From: Blepharisma stoltei ATCC 30299
Lineage: Eukaryota > Protista > Ciliophora
Assembly: GCA_965603825.1 (NCBI GenBank)
Contig: CBFDEM010000046.1
Span: forward strand, 62,001-126,000
Direction of reading: 5' to 3'
DNA length: 64,000 nucleotides
Under the pieces are notes generated by a model that saw nothing but the letters and a program-made list of their open reading frames with translations, did not search any database and was not told the origin of the DNA. Below are positions 1 to 11,989 of the stretch, one piece after another; position 1 is the stretch's first letter, and every line of letters starts with the position of its first letter. A program made the translations under genes and the position numbers.

Positions 1-1073
1 CGCACTTCCAATTTAACTACATTATCGGCCGAGGAGGCTTAGCAAAAGTCTGAAAAGCCATGCGCTGTAACTCCAAAAAAGAATTTGCTATAAAAGTTAT
101 GCCAAAAGTAAAAGTTTTGGCACGAAGTTCTATAAATAGCATCCTCAACGAGATGTCTTTCTTAAGCACATTGAGGAGTCCAAGCATTGTAAACATGCAT
201 TATGCCTTTTATGACAGCGAAAATTTATATTTAGTCCTTGATCTTATGCCTTGCGGAGATCTTAGATTCCATTTGTCTCACAGAAAAAAAAAATTTTCAG
301 AAAATCAATCGAAATTTTTAATTGCCAATATTGTGAGGAGCTTGGTATTTATCCATGGGGCTCATGTAATTCATAGAGATTTAAAGCCAGAAAATTTATT
401 ATTTGATGAAAAAGGGTATCTTCACTTAACAGATTTTGGAACGGCAATTAATTATGATGAGAAAAATGGAAACTGGATGGGCGGGACTCCACAATATGCA
501 GCCCCAGAAATGTTGTTGAGAGAAGAACAAACGATAGCAATTGATTATTATGCCTTAGGTGTTATATTATATGAGCTGATGACAGGCAAAAGGCCTTATG
601 AAGGAAAAAACTGAAAAGAAATGAATGAGCTTATGAAAAATGAATTTACAGTAAAAGAAAGCGACCTACCTGCGGGATGGTCAAGTGATGTATTGGATTT
701 AGTGAACAATGTAAGAATTACTTAGTTACTGAGAAAACAGCCAGAGATGAGATTAGGATTTAATGGTCCGGAAGAAGTAAAAAGTCACCCATGGCTAAGA
801 AATATTGATTGAACAGAAATTTCTAATGGATTAACAAAAGCCCCATTTCTTCCAAACTCTACAACTTCAAATTTCAACCATTTTGTGGAAATGTCACTTA
901 ATGGTAATGAAGATAAAGAAGCATTGCACAGAAGTAAAGATTTGCTTAAAGATGAAGTAACTCATTCACTTTTTTCGGGATTTTACTATAATGAGCTCGC
1001 GCAATACTCAGGATCAGTTTCTAACCCAGATCTACCTCTTTTATATCAGTATAGTCCTAAATCAAAATTGTAA
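1..1073 (+). CDS. AGC-group Ser/Thr protein kinase (5' partial; TGA=Trp at 51, 612, 810; 15-nt intron 711-725)
   Basis: IGRGGLAKV[W]K, FAIK, HRDLKPEN, DFG and GTPQYAAPE motifs; after intron removal LLRKQPEMRLG...HPWLRNID[W]...APFLP AGC tail; ends TAA. Confidence 0.92.
711..725 (+). other. 15-nt spliceosomal intron GTAAGAATTACTTAG
   Basis: Carries an in-frame TAG; removal restores kinase subdomain XI (DLVNN|LLRKQP). Confidence 0.9.
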
Positions 1074-1389
1074 TTGTGTAGCAAAATGCTATAATATGCA
1101 CTTATAATAATTTTTTTTAAAAAAGCTGATAAATTTCGCTTCATTAATTAGTATATTGATATTTTCCCTGTGATTATCTCATAAAATAAGCTTATAGACA
1201 AGAATGATGGGTAGGGGTCGCTGCTTTCTAAATAACAAATTTCATTTAAAAATTACACATTTATTCGCCAAATACTTAATAAAAGACTTTTGCATCAGAC
1301 TTTTTTATCTCCAAACAATTAGCAGGAATACCCAATAAGCAAGCTTTAAGATCTCTCTTACATTTTATTTACCAAATATTAAATTTTAT

Positions 1390-2742
1390 ATGTCAGAAGT
1401 TAATTCTCAATTAAACGCTACTAAGAGGTCCAGCATATTTTCATTCGGCAATGAATCAGTGCGATTAGAAAACGAAATAAATCATTTTACTCGAAAACTT
1501 GAACACGAGCGAAGACTATCTCTTTTACTTGACAAAGACTTGAAAGAAATAAAGCAAAATATCGCAAATATCAAAAAAAATAAAAATCAAAAATTCAGCA
1601 CCATCAAGGCTCAAGACAAGGTAAAAGCTTTAGAAATCAGACTTGAAGCCGTAAATAAGCAACTTGGAGAAGTCAGAAACAAAACCCGAAAGCTTATAAA
1701 TGAAATTGACTGTATGAGAAAAAACGCTCAAGGCTACCATACAGGAAATTTAAGCGCAAAAAAAGAATTAGAAAGAGCGCGATCCCAAATTATTGAGACA
1801 AACAGAGTATCTTCTGAGCTACAGAAAACAATTGAAAAATATAATGAAAATATATTAAGCACACACAGCAAGTTTGAAAGCAACCGGGATATTTTAGCCG
1901 AAAGCCTCAGCTTAATGAAATCTAATTATTTAGAAGACAAAATCGAAGGGACTAAATTCAGACAAGGCTTCACTGTGAATTTCGCTCAGCCAATAGCAGA
2001 CGCCTCAGAAATGCATGGGATTTATAAAAATCAAGCCCAAAAATGGTCAGAAAAATGCAAAAAATTGACTTCGGACAAAGAAAGTATAAGATCCAGGGTA
2101 TCTGACCTAAATTCTGCTATGGAAGAAATGAAGGCCCAAAGTAAATTAAGCAGCTCAAAAGACATAGTCGATCTTTTTACTACTAGTATAAATGAATATT
2201 CCAAGCTAAGCCACTATTTCTATACAATTTCAGAAGAAATCTTTGAAGTCAGTGAAAAAGTGAGGCTAAATAAAGAAAAAGTTGAAGAAATCAGCAAAGG
2301 TTTTCATGAAGAAATAAAAATAGAAGGAATTGAGACTGGAAAAGAAAATTTAAAAAAAATTGGAAAGGAAAAAGAAAGAGCTAAAGAGAAGCTAGGAAAG
2401 ATTCGGGGGAAAATTTATTTTTTGCCAGATGGGTTTAGAATGATGACTGAAGAGCTTTTAAAGCTAGGGATAAATAATGAAGTGGAGCTTCCTGATTTAG
2501 ACGAAGATACAGTGACTAAGGTGATGTTTGAATTAGAAGAATCAATAAATTCGGTTATGTATTGAAGGAAAATAACAATTGACCAAAAACCTGAGTCTTC
2601 GCCATCTAAAAAAATTATTGATTTTAATGAAGTGGATATAGAGAAACTTATAGAGGATGATTTGCCAAATGCTCCGATGACTATTAAAGATTTTCAAATA
2701 AAAGCAATTAAGTCTATTGATAAGCTTTCTGAAGGTTCTTAA
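1390..2742 (+). CDS. Coiled-coil protein resembling outer dynein arm docking complex subunit (CCDC63/CCDC114/ODA1-like), ~450 aa
   Basis: ORF 1390-2565 continues through TGA (Trp) to TAA at 2740-2742; long heptad coiled coil; RLENEINHFTRKLEHERR N-terminus. Confidence 0.55.
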
Positions 2743-2817
2743 TATGCTGCTTAATAATAAAATGCATTATAAAATCCCTTCTGCGAAAATTATCGTTAAG
2801 TAAATTGTTATCAACAA

Positions 2818-3471
2818 TTATTTCATTTTTTTTAATTCATTTAATTCTTCACTTATTCGGTTTATGCTTTTCTTCAAGCTCGCGATAGGTTTTATTTGCA
2901 ATTTTACTTTGTTTTTATCTATAAAAGCTTTATTGATTTTTTCTATTAATTCAGTCAAATCCTCTCTGCTTTGACTTACTTCCTTTACTTCCTGTGTAGC
3001 TATAAATTCTCTTTGCTCAGGCATAGTAAAAAAGAATTCATCTTGTTCAGAATAAGTTTCAGTTGAGCTGGATAAAATTTCAGTAGAATCTGAATGGCTT
3101 CTACTTAAAACATCAATAGGGTTATCTATAGCAACTTCGTCAATATACTCGTCTAAGCAGATATTGGTATAATTCAGACCTTTTTTCATTTCTAAGCATA
3201 ATTTTGAATTATTTTGAATCCCTACTTTATCTAATGTAATATAGTCGTTGTCTGATAAAAAGCGAAAACCATATGACCCGGGCTCGAATTCTATCATTAT
3301 TTTAAGATCAAAATCGCCAATGAGGCCTAAATTGCTGAGTAGAAACAATTTAAGTTCCGTAAGAGTCATACATTTTGGCACTATAAAGGATTTCCAGTTA
3401 TAGTCGTCCCAGTCTTCTGAGCTTGAGATAACGCAAGCTTCAATATGTGTGGAATTTATATCAGATATCAT
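2818..3471 (-). CDS. Hypothetical protein, possible N-terminal ubiquitin-like fold, 217 aa
   Basis: Complete ATG-TAA ORF; MTLTELKLFL...ITLDKVGIQNNSKLCLE pattern resembles Ubl domains. Confidence 0.6.
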   Translation of the reverse strand: MISDINSTHIEACVISSSEDWDDYNWKSFIVPKCMTLTELKLFLLSNLGLIGDFDLKIMIEFEPGSYGFRFLSDNDYITLDKVGIQNNSKLCLEMKKGLNYTNICLDEYIDEVAIDNPIDVLSRSHSDSTEILSSSTETYSEQDEFFFTMPEQREFIATQEVKEVSQSREDLTELIEKINKAFIDKNKVKLQIKPIASLKKSINRISEELNELKKMK

Positions 3472-3548
3472 TATATTTATTTTTTGAATCAGCTAATTAA
3501 TGAAATTTAACATTTTAGAAAATATATAGAAATCATCAATTACTAAGA

Positions 3549-4871
3549 TTAATATCTTGGCCTGTCCTTGATGATCCAAACACAGTCAATCTCAGTCAAT
3601 GCTTGAGAACTGAATTGTTCCCAATACATATGGGTGGTGTTAAAAGCAGTTAGTCTCCCATAGCCATAATCACTGCTTAGATACCTCGCATAAGGTGCTG
3701 GGGTGTTAGAAACCGGATTATTTTTCTCATAATTCCCTGCTCCTCCACTTTCTATATAAATCGGTGCATTTGCATTAACATGCATATTTTGGCTATCAAA
3801 TTCACTGTTAACCGTCAGATTTTTATAGATGGCAGCGTCTCTTTCATAGTTATGGACGTGGCCTTGGAGTACAAGGTCTACGCTGTTATTATAGAAAATA
3901 TCTTCTAGTATTGGTCTAATTACGGCTGGTTGGTTTGCACAATTGTCCATTATAGAACTATCATTTAATTGTTGAGAACAGTACAGTGGATGATGCATAA
4001 GGACAACTATCCAGGGCCTAATTTCTCTATTTTGATTGGCAAGGGCTAAATCATTACTGAGTCATTGAGTTTGGACTTCAGCTTCAGTCTGATAAGAGCT
4101 GTGAAAATAAGAATTTGAGTTTATTAATACAAAATGGACTGGGCCAAGGTTTAAGGAATAAAAATAGCCAGTTCCTTGGTTATCACCATTATGAGGCATA
4201 TTAAATCTTGACTTGTAGTGGCTATAGTTGTTAAAACTCTCGTGGTTTCCTGGTTCTACCATATAAGGAAAACTCGCAACAATTGGTTCGACCATATTCA
4301 AATAATCGTCTCCGATTTTTCCATTATCAGTGTCTAGGTCATATGCAATGTCCCCCATATGCAAAATGCCTAAATAATTCCTAGACTTCGACTCTTCTTC
4401 CAATAAATATTTCGTAAAATGCCCAATATGTCCAGATCCCCAGTCTCCCAGAATCACCATAGAAATTGCGTTATCTACATCATAAAAAGTTGTAGAATTA
4501 TCTGGAGTTCTTCCACTGAAAATATAAGTTTTCGATTTAACTCCAGTGTTACTGACTTGGTATTCATACCAGCAGGCAGGAATAAGATCTGTAAATAAAG
4601 CAGTATGAATAAATTGGTAATGGTTGTGGGTCGTATTTCCTTGTAAAAATTTCGTGCTTTGAGCTGCAACAGCTGTAAAATTAGAAGGGGAAGGGACATT
4701 TCCACAGAGGATTGGACGATAATAGGCTTTTGGGAATGCTGAAAGGTAGGTTACCCAGGTCACGCGGATTTGGTTGGGCTCTGAAGTCCAAGATAAGTGA
4801 ATTTGTTCAGGGTGGATTAGGCCTAAAGAAATCGATGCTTGTGCGATAAGAAGGATGAGCAGGTGCATCAA
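3549..4871 (-). CDS. Secreted purple acid phosphatase (ACP7-like), 440 aa
   Basis: Two ORFs joined by TGA=Trp at 4062-4064 (QTQ[W]LSNDL); signal peptide; PEQIHLS, GDWG, GDIAYD, GNHE, HHPLY and GHVHNYER motifs. Confidence 0.93.
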
Positions 4872-5284
4872 TTTTATTATAAACCATTAAAGATTGCAGG
4901 AAATATGCTGATATAAATGGATAAGCGCTGGGCAGTGGCGGTTTTCAGGAGTTATCTATAAATAATCATATAAGTGGGGAGCGAATTAAATAGTTTAGTA
5001 AGTGCCTTGATAATTATTATTTAATATGGAAGCTTTGAAAAATAATTTAATGTATTTTATATTATAGAGGTAATAGCAAAAATTAGCAGCTTAAGCGACA
5101 AGAATATATATAGAAACTGTATGAGAAGCCTTATGAATTAGAGGAGAGCTGCTGATAAATTTTTTATATAAAGAACTATATAGGAGAGATATTAAAAAAT
5201 TTAAGGATTAAATAAAAGATATATGGAATATAATAATCTGCGTTCTGCCATAGGAATTTATATAAAAATTAACATAAATGAATC

Positions 5285-6730
5285 TTACTTATGAAATCTT
5301 TTCTCAAAAAAGCTTTTAGGGAAAGTGTATCCTCTTATCTCATGATATTTGATTTCTTTCTTTAACTTCTCCTCATTTAAACAGTCATGATTTGGATTTG
5401 GATCGCCTGTACAGAGCAAGCAAAACTTTTTCCCCTTACACTTCTCATTTCTACAGGTCCCATAATTATCAAAATTTGGGTCCGTTCGATCATATGTCTG
5501 CAATCAATAGCAATTAGGGCACTTTTGAACAACTAAGCCCAATTGATCTAGCTTTAGATTTATTTCATATATTCTTCCAAAAGTGCTGCTCCTAGAGATT
5601 TCTCTAACTTCTCTACACTTTTCATGGTTTTCAAGCTTGATCAAGCATATTGGGCAAAATTTCGATTTGCAGTGTCCACAATAAAGCGAGGCACCATTAT
5701 CTATAATTTCTAAATACCAAGAATAGCAGATCGTGCACTGCATAACTAATTCGTCTATTTGTGCTGGCTCTACAGGCTCAGCTACAGGAATTTCAATTTC
5801 ATGGTGGATTTCACATAGTTCTGGCTCTAATGGTTTTAATTCTATTGGCTTGCTATTTTTCAAAAACTTATCTGATATTTCTTCAAATTCTGACTGATCA
5901 TTTTGTTTCCAAGAAAGATTTGGTTGATCATTTTTTTTAGCTGGCCGATATGGCACATTGACACTTGAGTCTATAAGCTCTTCTTTTTCTCCACGCAGAA
6001 ATGAATCTGTAGGGTTTATATCAGGAAGATCCTCAGCTTGCTGATACTGGAGGTTAAAGCCTGCATTAGGTACAAGATTCTGCAGACTAGAAGGATTAAC
6101 ACTTATATCAGGAAGGTCCAGCCCCGAAGTTTGCAGATTCTGAAAATTGCTTATACCAGGTAGATCACTTTCTCCAAGACCTTTATTATTTCCTTCATTA
6201 ATTATTGGTGTATTCTTTTTCTGCACACAACTTATATCAGGGAGATCATAATTTTTTGGTTCATGGCTACCTTTTTCAGGCACAAAAACCTCTTTTTTTG
6301 CTTTATTATTTTTTGCATTAATTTTTGGGTCTTTTTTTGCAATTGGGGCATTTTTCTGCTTTGCCTCAAGCTCTCTTTGCGTTCTGAAAAAAGGAGCTGG
6401 GCTTTCTACGTAGCTCTTGCAAATTGGGCAAAACCATCAATCTTCATATGAATTCGCGTCGGTTTGAAAACAATCTACACAAAACCTATGTTTACAAGCA
6501 GGAATTTGATAAATACCTTCTTTTTGTTCACAATATCCACAGGTAGGTATTGGTATTTGCTTCAGACAAATAATTTTTACTCTGGAGTTGCAATGTTTGC
6601 AATTGAGTTCTGTTCCAACGTTAGTTTCCTCACTATGAGTATTGCAAACTTTGTGGAAGCCCGCATAGTTGACAGAAATCACCCCTTTGAGTGCACAGAG
6701 AATGCACAATATGCTGCAGTCGTTGTCCAT
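5285..6730 (-). CDS. RING + IBR + Rcat-like (RBR-like) zinc-finger protein, 481 aa
   Basis: Three in-frame ORFs joined by TGA at 6437 and 5504; RING CxxC..CKHRFCVDC..CPIC; IBR CTIC..CGHCKSKFCPIC..H..C; C-terminal KCPNC..CRNEKC..FCLLC..HDC. Confidence 0.75.
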
Positions 6731-7394
6731 CTTTCTATAAATATTAAAAAATGCTATTTATAAGGAAATCGTGTGGGTATTATGATCATGACTGAGATTT
6801 GCTTGCATTCGAAGTGCTTATTGAGTAGCCCTTGCAGCTAATATTGGCATTTTTTTACATCTTTATGATTAGAGCGTTTTTCTTATTAAAATTCAAAATA
6901 ATTTTCTGATTTAAGAAAAAACTTCATATGCAAGACCTATTAATTTGAAAAGCTGTGTATAATTATTTATTGAATTTCTGACAATTTTCTTGAGCAAGAT
7001 CATGATTTTATTTTATCATTGCATCTAATCAAATTAGCTTTCTTTAATATTATAAGTCATCTAGTCCATAGAATATCATTTATGGTTACTTCAAACTTTT
7101 TGCTGCTTTAGCTTCGTTATATTACAATAAAATTAATTTTATTACCTATAAATGGTATAAATTTTAAAAGCATTAAAATAAAAAATCATTAAATTATAGC
7201 ATCTTTCTTAAATATATGCCAATTATTTATATAATTTATTTCTAGAATTATTCTCAGCCAAAATAAGCAATTAAGCTGAAATTTTAATCACATATTTTAC
7301 CCATATCTTTTTATGGCTTAGCCTTAGCACACATCCATATTAAAATTGGCTTGCTAAAGCCTAAATCACAATTTTAGCGCAAATTTACCTTTAA

Positions 7395-7778
7395 TTAAAA
7401 TTTAAACTTATTAAAACCACTCGCTTTGATGCCTCTTAAGCTGCATAGTCTTGGATCTTGCCATTGGTGCTGTAAAGGCAAGAAAATTCTATCAGGCTTC
7501 TTCATCGTTTTGAAGTAAAATAGGCCTGCTAGCCCTCGTGGAATGGGAATCATGATTCCTCCGTCTCCATCCTCATCACTATTATCCTCTTCATCAGACT
7601 TCTTTTTCTCCTCTTCAGACTCATTATCTTTTTTGGCTTCTTTTTCTTCTTTCTCATGCTCGCCTTCTTTCTGTTCCTTTTTGTTGCCTAAAAGCCCTTC
7701 AAGTCAGCCTAATAAGCCGTTTTCTTCTTCTGGCTGTCTTGCTCGGAGAACGCTAAATCTTTTCGTTTGCCTTAGCAT
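7395..7778 (-). CDS. Hypothetical 127-aa acidic protein absent from the ORF track (one TGA=Trp)
   Basis: MLRQTKRFSVLRARQPEEENGLLG[W]LEGLLG...EEKKKSDEEDNSDED...GFNKFKF-TAA; ATG in AAA context; purine-rich coding-like composition. Confidence 0.65.
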
Positions 7779-7974
7779 TTTATTATTATAATTTTAGGCC
7801 ATGGTATAGCGTATGACTGCTGAAGACAAATGCTCCCATAATGAAACTTGCCGTTTTCCAAATAAAAATCACGTAATTTCTTCAAATTTATGCCTAATTC
7901 GTCAGGAAATTATTTCCTTAAGACTCATATGAATATCCGCACTATAAATGTAAATCAAATTCAAGGCTTTATAA

Positions 7975-8766
7975 ATGGATTTATTCAATGACGTTCTTAT
8001 CACAGCTCGAAAAACTGATGAACAAGTCATAGACTCGTCTGAGCCAGAACCTGACAATACTTTAGACTTTTCTAGAATGAGTTTTTTTATAAATCCAGCC
8101 TTTAATGACGGACAAATGGCAAAACCCTATACTCACTCAGCACAATATATCCCCAAAAAACTGAAAAAAAGCAGAGTTAAAAAGAACGCGAAAACTTTTG
8201 AGCTCCAGCAGTTATTGGCGATATCAGAAATACGGTATTTTGAAGACACAAAAAAGCTGCAGCAGGCGATTGTGAGGAATAAATCGCTGCAGACTGTATT
8301 TTTGGTAGCGTTTTTGTATAAGGTTTATCCGTTTATAAAGAGGTCTGTCATGATGGTGAGGAGGGTTTATTGAAACCGGTGGAAAGGAATTAATGCAGAA
8401 TTAGGCACGAAGCCACTGCCAAGTACTTTTAAACTGAGAGGCTTTCTTAACTTATGGAGAAAAATAATGAAAAATCAACTCTTAAGGTCTTTTGTGATGT
8501 TTAAAGAGAGAGGAATTCTTTCGGAGCTGCAGCTGCAGTATTATGGGATTGACTCAAAGCTGAGATATAAAATATCTCGATATGTCCCTCCACCGAAAAG
8601 TTTGAACACAAATTTGGAAAAATTGGAGTCTATGAAAGTGATTGATCCACAAGAAAAACTGAAATTTGATAGTAAAGTTAGAAAGGAATTTTCTAAAGTA
8701 ATAAAGAAAAAAAGCGAAAATGACAGGAGGATAGAAAAAGTTATGGGGAAGACTTACTATCAATAA
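7975..8766 (+). CDS. Hypothetical protein, 263 aa
   Basis: ORFs 7975-8373 and 8467-8766 are in frame and joined by TGA=Trp with no other stop. Confidence 0.7.
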
Positions 8767-8955
8767 TGTATTATATGATTCTATTTATAATTTATATATA
8801 AACAAAATAGATCTTTTGACTTTTTATATTACAATCTTTTATAAGGATAGCTCCTTATCTTCCTAAAAATTATATGAGTAACACTTTTAAGACCTCTTTA
8901 AAATTCATCCTATTTATTTCTGGTTATCCCAAAGTTATATACTTTAATTATTTGA

Positions 8956-9441
8956 TTATTCCATCTCTGCCCACTTATTTTCTTCTCTCACCTGTGCTTC
9001 TTCTTCAGGGGTGAAATCATTTTCAATATTAAAAGTCCTTCTGATCTCTTCTGGAGTCTTTCCTTTTAGCATAGAAGCAATTTTAGCGCAGCACAAATCA
9101 AGTAAAGATTTTATATCTAAGTAATTTGCTGCCAAAATGAGTTCAAAAAGAATTTCATGCTCAAGCTCAACGAATGCAGCGTCCCATGCTGGAACCACTT
9201 CTTGCATGACAGCTGATTTCAGAGGTTTTTCAATTTCTGGAGGAGTTGAGTCTTTATAGTGTCTGGAGTACTCTATAACTTTTTCAAGGATAGCGGCCTT
9301 TACATTGGGAAGAGGTATTTCTTCATCAGTGCCAGAGTCTTCTACCATGTTTTTGATCAGCTGGGACTTGCAAGCCACGCTTTCTTCTACTTCAAATGTC
9401 TGTCCTTCTTGACTCTGTAGCTTGAGCTTGATTTCTGCCAT
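8956..9441 (-). CDS. SKP1: S-phase kinase-associated protein 1 (SCF adaptor)
   Basis: IPLPNV..ILEKVIEY, LFELILAANYLDIKSLLDL, GKTPEEIRRTFNIENDFTPEEEAQVREENKW. Confidence 0.98.
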   Translation of the reverse strand: MAEIKLKLQSQEGQTFEVEESVACKSQLIKNMVEDSGTDEEIPLPNVKAAILEKVIEYSRHYKDSTPPEIEKPLKSAVMQEVVPAWDAAFVELEHEILFELILAANYLDIKSLLDLCCAKIASMLKGKTPEEIRRTFNIENDFTPEEEAQVREENKWAEME

Positions 9442-9662
9442 ATAATTATTATAAATTTAAGATTAGGCTTGATCTAATATGAACTGAGAGCAGCTGATTA
9501 AAAAAGGATATCAAAATTATGATACGCTTTATATAGGATGATTTGAGGGTTTTAATTGTAAAATTATAGTAAAAATACTATTTAAAACGAGGAATTTAAT
9601 TATTTCAAATTTTAAATGATTTTTGGTTTTTCATAATTCAAGAATATTAGATTATAAAATAA

Positions 9663-11261
9663 ATGGAAGTAATAAGTAAAAGACGCAAAGTAATTTCAAA
9701 TCAGCTCGCAGAGGATCCATTTTCTCTCTTTTCCTCCCCAGACAGAAAAACCGAGGCAGTAAGAATCATCTTACAAAGCTTGCGAGAATTTGGTTTTGAG
9801 TAACTTTTACACAGTAAATCAGCAGCACAGCTCGAAATGGACTCCGGCATCAAGCTCGAAAACGAGAACGTCGAAAAGTTCAAAAAAGGCATTATTGAAG
9901 GCCAATGAGACCAAGTTACATCAATAGTCCCTGAATTTAACATTCAAGCCACCAAGCAGTCAAAAATCCATTTTTGTTTAAAAGAACAGAAATACCTAGA
10001 ACTCATTGAGAATGGCGATTTTCAACGAGCCTTGGACTGTTTAAGGAATGAATTGACTCCAAATCATCAAGAAGACCACGAAAAGCTTCATAAGCTTGCT
10101 AGTCATTTATTATGCCAATCCCCCGAAGAACTGAAGAAAACAGCAGACTGAACAGGCTCCTCTTCACAAGCCAGACAGCAGCTTCTAAAAAAAGTACAAT
10201 TTTATATACCCCCTGACATCATGATTCCGCCTGATAGGCTTCAATTGTTGCTGTCCCAAGCATTGACTCACCAAATATCTGAATGCAAATATCATAGAGA
10301 TTTTAAAGATACCCACAGTTTATTGGAGGACCATATGTGTGAAAACCAGCTATTTACAGCTAAAAATATACAGACGATTGGAGGAGGGAATGAAGAAGAA
10401 GTATGAGATGTGGTTTTTAGTAATAATGGAGAAGCAATGGCCAGTATATGTAAAAATACGACAATAAGTATATGAAATTTCACTGAGCAAGGCTTTACTA
10501 AGCGGTTTGACATTTTAAATTCCCATAGCCATAATGTACTGAGCGTCTCATGGAGCCCAAATAATGATAGAATTCTGAGTACTGGGGCTGATGGGGTTAT
10601 AAAGCTCTGAAACGCCCAGACTGGGGAGTTTATAAGTGAGTTTAAAGAACATACAGATAAAGTTACTAGCAGTGAATGGATAAATGACCGAGAATTTATC
10701 TCAGGCGGGGTGGATAGGAAATTCATGGCCTGAAAATGTGCAGGCGAGAAGCAAAAATTACTAGACATCAGGGTGCGGCAGCTCCAAAAATCCGAAAACT
10801 GCAAAATCGTCGCAATTTTGAACGCAGCCATCAACGAAGTCGTCATTTACAATATAGAAACCCATGAAGAGATCACCCGTATAAAAGAAGAAGACAAAAT
10901 CACCTGCATCTCTTTATCAAGCTCTGGGAATGAGCTTATCACCAATGTAAGCTTAACTGACCCTCATTTAAACCTCTGAAACACCCAAACTGGCTGCCTC
11001 ATCCAAATGTACAAAGGCCACTCACAAGAAAAATACCAATTAAAACCTTGCTTTATTGGGCTCAAAGAAGAACTTATCGCCTGTGGAAGCGAAGACGGCA
11101 GCATTTTTATATGAAATAAGCTCCATGGGACTGTGCTAGTAACACTAAAAGACCATACTGGCCCTGTTAATTCTATTGCATATTCTAGACTCAGACCTCA
11201 CTGCTTGGTATCTGCAAGTGACGATGGGTCGTTAAAGGTCTGGTCTTTAACAGATAATTAA
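9663..11261 (+). CDS. WDR26: WDR26/GID7-like LisH-CTLH-WD40 protein (CTLH E3 complex), ~527 aa
   Basis: EAVRIILQSLREFGFDKSAAQLE (LisH), IEGQ[W]D, EQKYLELIE, AD[W].G...R..LL...YIPPDIMIPPDRL..LLSQA, then WD40 repeats; 8 in-frame TGA at Trp positions; intron 9800-9814. Confidence 0.88.
9800..9814 (+). other. 15-nt intron GTAACTTTTACACAG
   Basis: Contains an in-frame TAA inside the LisH motif; removal gives FGFDKSA. Confidence 0.9.
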
Positions 11262-11268
11262 TAGAGAA

Positions 11269-11868
11269 TTAATAATAAGGTTTGTATAAGCCTTTGAAGG
11301 AAAAAAACTCCTTGGGACGGGTCTCTTTGACTAGGGAAATGGGCTCGTCAGAAGGGGTTGATCTTTTGTAAAGCTCCTCGATTGGCGTTTCTTCTGTTAT
11401 TTGACGGCGGGAAGGCTTGGGAATTGAAATCGATTTTGGGGCTTCTGGCAGCGGCTCTTCGAAATTCAAAGACTCTTTGGAAGAGTTGTAAGGGAGTTCG
11501 GGCTGGGAGATGGCAAATAAGAAAATTGAGTCGATTTCTTTGGAAAGATCGTCGAGGTCAAGAGAAATGGACTTTATCATTTCGAGGCCGAGAGGGGCTG
11601 GAGCAAAGGTGTGACGACGGTAGGAGGGGTTTGGCTGCTCTTCGACGTCGCTGGTTTCTTCGCCTTCTGCTGGGCCTTCTTCACTTCCTTCTTCTTCACT
11701 TCCTTCTTCTTCGCTTCCTTCTTCTTCTCCGCTGCCTTCTTCTTCTCCGCTGCCTTCTTCCTCTTCTTCACTACCTTCTTCTTCTTCGCTGCCTTCTTCT
11801 TCGCTGCCTTCTTCCTCTTCACTGCCTTCTTCCTCTTCTTCACTTTCTTCTTCTTTCTTTTTCGGCAT
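11269..11868 (-). CDS. Glu-rich low-complexity protein with (EEEGS)n repeats, 199 aa
   Basis: Complete ORF; ATG preceded by A-rich leader; overlapping alternative-frame ORFs are repeat artefacts. Confidence 0.65.
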   Translation of the reverse strand: MPKKKEEESEEEEEGSEEEEGSEEEGSEEEEGSEEEEEGSGEEEGSGEEEGSEEEGSEEEGSEEGPAEGEETSDVEEQPNPSYRRHTFAPAPLGLEMIKSISLDLDDLSKEIDSIFLFAISQPELPYNSSKESLNFEEPLPEAPKSISIPKPSRRQITEETPIEELYKRSTPSDEPISLVKETRPKEFFSFKGLYKPYY

Positions 11869-11989
11869 TTTATTTCAAATTTAATTACTTTTTTGTGCTT
11901 TTTATCGGATATAAAAATCGTTGAAATTTTTACTTGTGCTAAAAATTTTAAAATTAAAGTAAATCTGTAGAAAAGGTAGGGTTATAAAA

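Noticed and set aside
11358-11970. Three long overlapping ORFs (Leu/Arg-, Lys/Ala- and Phe-rich)
   Set aside because: Alternative-frame and antisense shadows of the GAAGAAGGCAGC repeat in gene 11269-11868
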